From contig OZ024743.1 in assembly GCA_964016885.1 (NCBI GenBank), forward strand, positions 209,188,001-209,252,000: a DNA stretch of 64,000 nucleotides, read 5' to 3'. The stretch comes from Eledone cirrhosa (Eukaryota). The notes beneath the pieces were generated by a model. That model did not search any database and was not told the DNA's origin. It was given only the letters and a program-made list of their open reading frames with translations. This document shows positions 58,155 to 64,000 of this stretch, piece by piece; within the stretch, counting starts at the first letter, position 1; the number at the start of each line of letters is the position of its first letter. A program made the translations under genes and the position numbers.

Positions 58155-60539
58155 ATGAAAGCTCTTCACTCCATAATATATACCACAGTTTACCATCCTA
58201 TAGCCACACGTGAAATCTTTTCACTCCATAAGATATACCAGAGTTTACCATCCTATAGCCACAGATGAAAGCTCTTCACTCCATAACATATACCACAGTT
58301 TACCATCCTATAGCCACACATGAGAGCTCTTCACTCTATATGATATACCACAGTTTACCATCCTATAGCCACACATGGAAGCTCTTCACTCCATAAGATA
58401 TACCACAGTTTACCATCCTATAGCCACAGATGAAAGCTCTTCACTATATAAGATATACCACAGTTTAACATCTTATAGTCACACATGAAATCTCTTCACT
58501 CCATAAGATATACCACAGTTTACCATCCTATAGCCAGATGAAAGCTCTTCACTCCATAAGATATACCACAGTTTACCATCCTATAGCCACAGATGATAGC
58601 TCTTCACTCCATAAGATAAACCACAGTTTACCATCCTATAGCCACAGATGAAAGCTGTTCACTCCATAAGATATACCACATTTTACCATCCTATAGCCAC
58701 ACATGAAAGTTCTTCACTCCATAAGATATACAACAGTTTACCATCCTATAGCCACACATGGAAGCTCTTCACTCCATAAGATATACCACATTTTACCATC
58801 CTATAGCCACACATGAAAGTTCTTCACTCCATAAGATATACCACAGTTTACCATCCTATAGCCAGATTAAAGCTCTTCACTCCATAAGATATACCACAGT
58901 TTACCATCCTATAGCCATGCATGCAAGCTCTTCACTCCATAAGATATACCACAGTTTACCATCCTATGACCACAGATGAAAGCTGTTCACTCCATAAGAT
59001 ATAACACAGTTTACCATCCTATAGCCACACATGAGAGCTCTTCACTCTATTAGATATACCACAGTTTACCATCCTATAGCCACACATGGAAGCTTTTCAC
59101 ACCATAAGATATACCACAGTTTACCATCTGATAGCCACACATGAAAGCTCTTCACTTCATAAGATATACCACAGTTTACCATCCTATAGCCAGATGAAAG
59201 TTCTTCACTCCATAAGATATACCACAGTTTACCATCCTATAATCACACATGAAATCTTTTCACTCCATAAGATATACCAGAGTTTACCATCCTATAGCCA
59301 CAGATGAAAACTCTTCACTCCATAACATATACCACAGTTTACCATCCTATAGCCACACATGAGAGCTCTTCACTCTATATGATATACCACAGTTTACCAT
59401 CCTATAGCCACACATGGAAGCTCTTCACTCCATAAGATATACCACAGTTTACCATCCTATAGCCACAGATGAAAGCTCTTCACTCTATAAGATATACCAC
59501 AGTTTAACATCTTATAGTCACACATGAAATCTCTTCACTCCATAAGATATACCACAGTTTACCATCCTATAGCCAGATGAAAGCTCTTCACTCCATAAGA
59601 TATACCACAGTTTACCAACTGATAGCCACACATGAAAGCTCTTCACTCCATAAGATATACCACAGTTTACCATCCTATAGCCAGATGAAAGTTCTTCACT
59701 CCATAAGATATACCACAGTTTACCATCCTATAATCACACATGAAAGCTCTTCAATCCATAAGATATACCACAGTTTACCATCCTATAGCCATGCATGAAA
59801 GCTCTTTACTCCATAAGATATACCACAGTTTACCATCCTATAGCCACACATGAAATCTTTTCACTCCATATGATATACCAGAGTTTACCATCCTATAGCC
59901 ACAGATGAAAGCTCTTTACTCCATAAGATATACCACAGTTTACCATCCTATAGCCACACATGGAATCTCTACACTCCATAAGATATACCACAGTTTACCA
60001 TACTATAGCCACACATGAAAGCTCTTCACTCCATAAGATATACCACAGTTTACCATCCTATAGCCAGATTAAAGCTCTTCACTCCATAAGATATACCACA
60101 GTTTACCATCCTATAGCCATGCATGAAAGCTCTTCACTCCATAAGATATACCACAGTTTACCATCCTATGGCCACAGATGAAAGCTGTTCACTCCATAAG
60201 ATATAACACAGTTTACCATCCTATAGCCATGCATGAAAGCTCTTCACTCCATAAGATATACCACAGTTTACCATCCTATAGCCACACATGAAATCTTTTC
60301 ACTCCATAAGATATACCAGAGTTTACCATCCTATAGCCACAGATGAAAGCTCTTCACTCCATAACATATACCACAGTTTACATCCTATAGCCACACATGA
60401 GGGCTCTTCACTCTATAAGATATACCACAGTTTACCATCCTATAGCCACACATGGAAGATCTTCACTCCATAAGATATACCACAGTTTACCATCCTATAG
60501 CCACAGATGAAACCTCTTCACTCTATAAGATATACCACA

Positions 60540-63500
60540 GTTTACCATCCTATAGCCACAAATGAAAGCTCTTCACCCCATAAGATATACCACAGTTTAC
60601 CATCCTATAGCCACAAATGAAAGCTCTTCACTCCATAAGATATACCACAGTTTACCATCCTATAGCCACAAATGAAAGCTCTTCACTCCATAAGATATAC
60701 CACAGTTTACCATCCTATAGCCACAGATGAAAGCTCTTCACCCCATAAGATATACCACAGTTTACCATCTTATAGCCACACATGAAAGCTCTTCACTCCA
60801 TAAGATATACCACAGTTTACCATCCTATAGCCACAAATGAAAGCTCTTCACTCCATAAGATATACCACAATTTAACATCCTATAGCCACAGATGAAAGCT
60901 CTTCACCATATAAGATATACCAATTTTACCATCCTATAGCCACACATGAAAGCTCTTCACCCCATAAGATATACCACAGTTTACCATTCTATTGCCACAC
61001 ATGAAAGCTCTTCACTCCATAAGATGTACCGCAGTTTACCATCCTATAGCCACACATGAAAGCTTTTCACTCCATAAGAAATACCACAGTTTACCATCCT
61101 ATAGCCACAGATGAAAGCTCTTCACTCCATAAGATATACCACAGTTTACCATCCTATAGCCACACATGAAAGCACTTCACACCATATGATATACCTCAGT
61201 TTACCATCCTATAGCCACAGATGAAAGCTCTTCACTCCATACGATATACGACAGTTTACCATCCTATAGCCACACATGAAATCTCTTCACTCCATATGAT
61301 ATACCTCAGTTTACCATCCTATAGCCACAGATGAAAGCTCTTCACTCCATAAGATATACCACAGTTTACCATCCTATATCCATACATGAAAGCTCTTCAC
61401 TCCATAAGTTATACCACTGTTTACCATCCTATAGCCACAGATGAAAGCTCTTCACTCCATAAGATATACCACAGTCTACCATCCTATAGCCACAGATGAA
61501 AGCTCTTCACTCCATAAGATATTCCACAGTTTACCATCCTATAGCCACAGATGAAAGCTCTTCACTCCATAAGATATACCACAGGTTACCATCCTATAGC
61601 CACAGATGAAAGCTCTTCACCCCATAAGATATACCAGAGTTTACCATCCTATAGCCACACATGAAAGCTCTTCACTCCATAAGATATACCACAGTTTACC
61701 ATCCTATAGCCACTGATGAAAGCTCTTCACCCCATAAAATATACCACAGTTTATCATCTTATAGCCACACATGAAAGCTCTTCACTCCATAAGATATACC
61801 ACAATTTAGCATCCTATAGCCACAGATGAAAGCTCTTCACCACATAAGATATACCACAATTTACCATCCTATAGCCACAGATGAAAGCTCTTCACCCCAT
61901 AAGATATACCAGAGTTTACCATCCTATAGCCACACATGAAAGCTCTTCACCCCATAAGATATACCACAGTTTACCATCCTATAGCCAGATGAAAGCTCTT
62001 CACCCCATAAGATATACCAGATTTTACCATCCTATAGCCACACATGAAAGCTCTTCACTCCATAAGATATACCACAGTTTACCATCCTATAGCCACAGAT
62101 GAAAGCTCTTCACCCCATAAAATATACCACAGTTTATCATCTTATAGCCACACATGAAAGCTCTTCACTCCATAAGATATACCACAGTTTACCATCCTAT
62201 AGCCACAAATGAAAGCTCTTCACTCCATAAGATATACCACAATTTACCATCCTATAGCCACAGATGAAAGCTCTTCACCACATAAGATATACCACAATTT
62301 ACCATCCTATAGCCACAGATGAAAGCTCTTCACTCCATAAGATATACCACAGTCTACCACCCTATGGCCACAAATTAAAGCTCTTCACTCCATAAGATAT
62401 ACCACAGTTTACCATCCTCTAACCACAGATGAAAGCTCTTCACTCCATAAGATATACCACAGTTTACCATCCTATGGCCACAGATGAAAGCTCTACATTC
62501 CATAAGATATACCACAGTTTACCACCCTATGGCCACAGATGAAAGCTCTTCACTCAATAAGATATACCACAGTTTACCATCCTATAGCCACAGATGAAAG
62601 CTCTTCACTCCATAAGATATACCACAGTCTACCATGTTATAGCCACAGATGAAAGCTCTTCACTGCATAAGATATTCCACAGTTTACCATCCTATAGCCA
62701 CAGATGAAAGCTCTTCACTCCATAAGATATACCACAGGTTACCATCCTATAGCCACAGATGAAAGCTCTTCACCCCATAAGATATACCACAGTTTACCAT
62801 CCTATAGCCACACATGAAAGCTCTTCACTCCATAAGATATACCACAGTTTACCATCCTATAGCCACAGATGAAAGCTCTTCACCCCATAGGATATACCAC
62901 AGTTTACCATCCTATAGCCACACATGAAAGCTCTTCACTCCATAAGATATACCACAGTTTACCATCCTATAGCCACACATGAAAGCTCTTCACTCCATGA
63001 GATATACCACAATTTATCATCCTATAGCCACAGATGAAAGCTCTTCACCACATAAGATATACCACAGTTTACCATCCTATAGCCACACATGAAAGCTCTT
63101 CACCCCATAAGATATACCACAGTTTACCATCCTATTGCCACACATGAAAGCTCTTCACTCCATAAGATATACCACAGTTTACCATCCTATAGCCACACAT
63201 GAAAGCTCTTCACTCCATAAGATATACCACAATTTACCATCCTATAGCCACAGATGAAAGCTCTTCACCACATAAGATATACCACAGTTTACCATCCTAT
63301 AGCCACACATGAAAGCTCTTCACCCCATAAGATATACGACAGTTTACCATCCTATAGCCACACATGAAAGCTCTTCACTCCATAAGATATACCTCACTTT
63401 ACCATCCTATAGCCACACATGAAAGCTCTTCACGCCATAAGATATACCTCAGTTTACCATCCTATAGCCACAGATGAAAGCTCTTCACTCCATAAGATAT

Positions 63501-64000
63501 ACCACAGTTTACCACCCTATGACCACAGATGAAAGCTCTTCACTCCATAAGATATACCACAGTTAACCATCCTATAGCCACGCCATGGATGAAAGCTCTT
63601 TACTCCATGAGATATACCACAGTTTACAATCCTATAGATACAGATGAAAGCTCTTCACTCCATAAGATATACCACAGTTTACCATCCTATGGCCACAGAT
63701 GAAAGCTCTTCACTCCATAAGATATACCACAGTTTACCACCCTATGGCCACAGATGAAAGCTCTTCACTCCATAAGATATACCACAGTCTACCACCCTAT
63801 GGCCACAAATTAAAGATCTTCACTCCATAAGATATACCACAGTCTGCCATCCTATAGCCACAGATGAAAGCTCTTCACTCCATGAGATATTCCACAGTTT
63901 ACCATCCTATAGCCACAGATGAAAGCTCTTCACTCCATAAGATATACCACAGTTTACCATCTTATAGCCACACATGAAAGCTCTTCACTCCATAAGATAT
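60540..64000 (+). repeat. Distinct monomer subfamily domain, almost all 55-mers, weak higher-order structure
   Basis: The GCCAGATG 53-mer nearly disappears (one seen at about 61985, hence only one ORF in the track after 60.5 kb). New or enriched variants appear: CACAAATG, TTCACCCCAT, TTCACCACAT, AGTCTACC, AGGTTACC, TATTCCAC. Confidence 0.8.

Larger units (their letters stand above)
1..64000 (+). repeat. Tandem satellite DNA array, 55-bp monomer, about 1,170 head-to-tail copies, running off both window ends
   Basis: The consensus ATGAAAGCTCTTCACTCCATAAGATATACCACAGTTTACCATCCTATAGCCACA(C/G) repeats continuously from base 1 to 64000, typically with 0-3 substitutions per copy and no intervening unique DNA. 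Consensus composition is A19 C17 T14 G5 (C form). Copy number is estimated as 64000 divided by about 54.8. Confidence 0.99.

Noticed and set aside
513-62102. About 100 + strand ORFs of 60-109 aa (MKALHSIRYTTVYHPIATHESSSLHKIYHSLPSYS...) as a multigene peptide family
   Set aside because: They are fully explained by repeat arithmetic: an ATG in every monomer, and ORFs pass the length cutoff only where an indel monomer skips the TGA. The same DNA is read in different frames in overlapping ORFs. I saw no promoter, RBS, splice or known-domain evidence.
1-64000. CRISPR array or other repeat-spacer system
   Set aside because: There are no unique spacers, since the entire 55 bp is repeated. No cas genes or leader are present, and the dyad stem is only 4 bp.
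1-64000. Variant-cassette system (diversity-generating retroelement, antigenic-variation silent cassettes) or information encoded in monomer order
   Set aside because: There is no reverse transcriptase, recombinase or expression locus, and variation is not adenine-specific. Variant order is explained by nested duplication and deletion.
1-64000. Tandem tRNA, 5S, snRNA or spliced-leader RNA gene array
   Set aside because: The unit is only 55 bp, and I recognised no cloverleaf, Pol III A/B boxes, oligo-T terminator or Sm site.
1-64000. Telomeric repeat, embedded transposon or inversion
   Set aside because: There is no short G-rich telomere motif. I saw no non-satellite insert, terminal repeats or reverse-orientation monomers when reading through, although a very short insert could be missed by eye.
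1-64000. Assignment to a named satellite family, organism or CENP-B box
   Set aside because: I do not recognise the monomer. The canonical CENP-B box needs two CpGs, which the consensus lacks. A database search is required.

Overview
The whole 64-kb window is one uninterrupted head-to-tail tandem array (satellite DNA) of a 55-bp monomer, consensus ATGAAAGCTCTTCACTCCATAAGATATACCACAGTTTACCATCCTATAGCCACA(C/G). That is roughly 1,170 copies at about 40% GC, all in one orientation. I saw no unique sequence, gene, RNA gene, transposon or CRISPR spacer. Every ORF in the track is an arithmetic by-product of the repeat: each monomer has an ATG, and a 55+53-bp pair is 108 bp, which restores the frame. 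The real information is in monomer variants (53, 54, 56 and 60-bp indel forms plus diagnostic substitutions). They define nested higher-order repeats: a 35-monomer/1,924-bp unit and a 6,260-bp super-duplication at 1-11 kb, mosaic 1-2.6-kb units at 11-44 kb, near-identical tandem blocks of 3,442 and 3,282 bp at 44.8-58.2 kb, and a distinct monomer subfamily from about 60.5 kb. This looks like a eukaryotic heterochromatic or centromere-like satellite. I cannot name the organism or family from sequence alone, and I find no support for a novel protein-coding or defence system.
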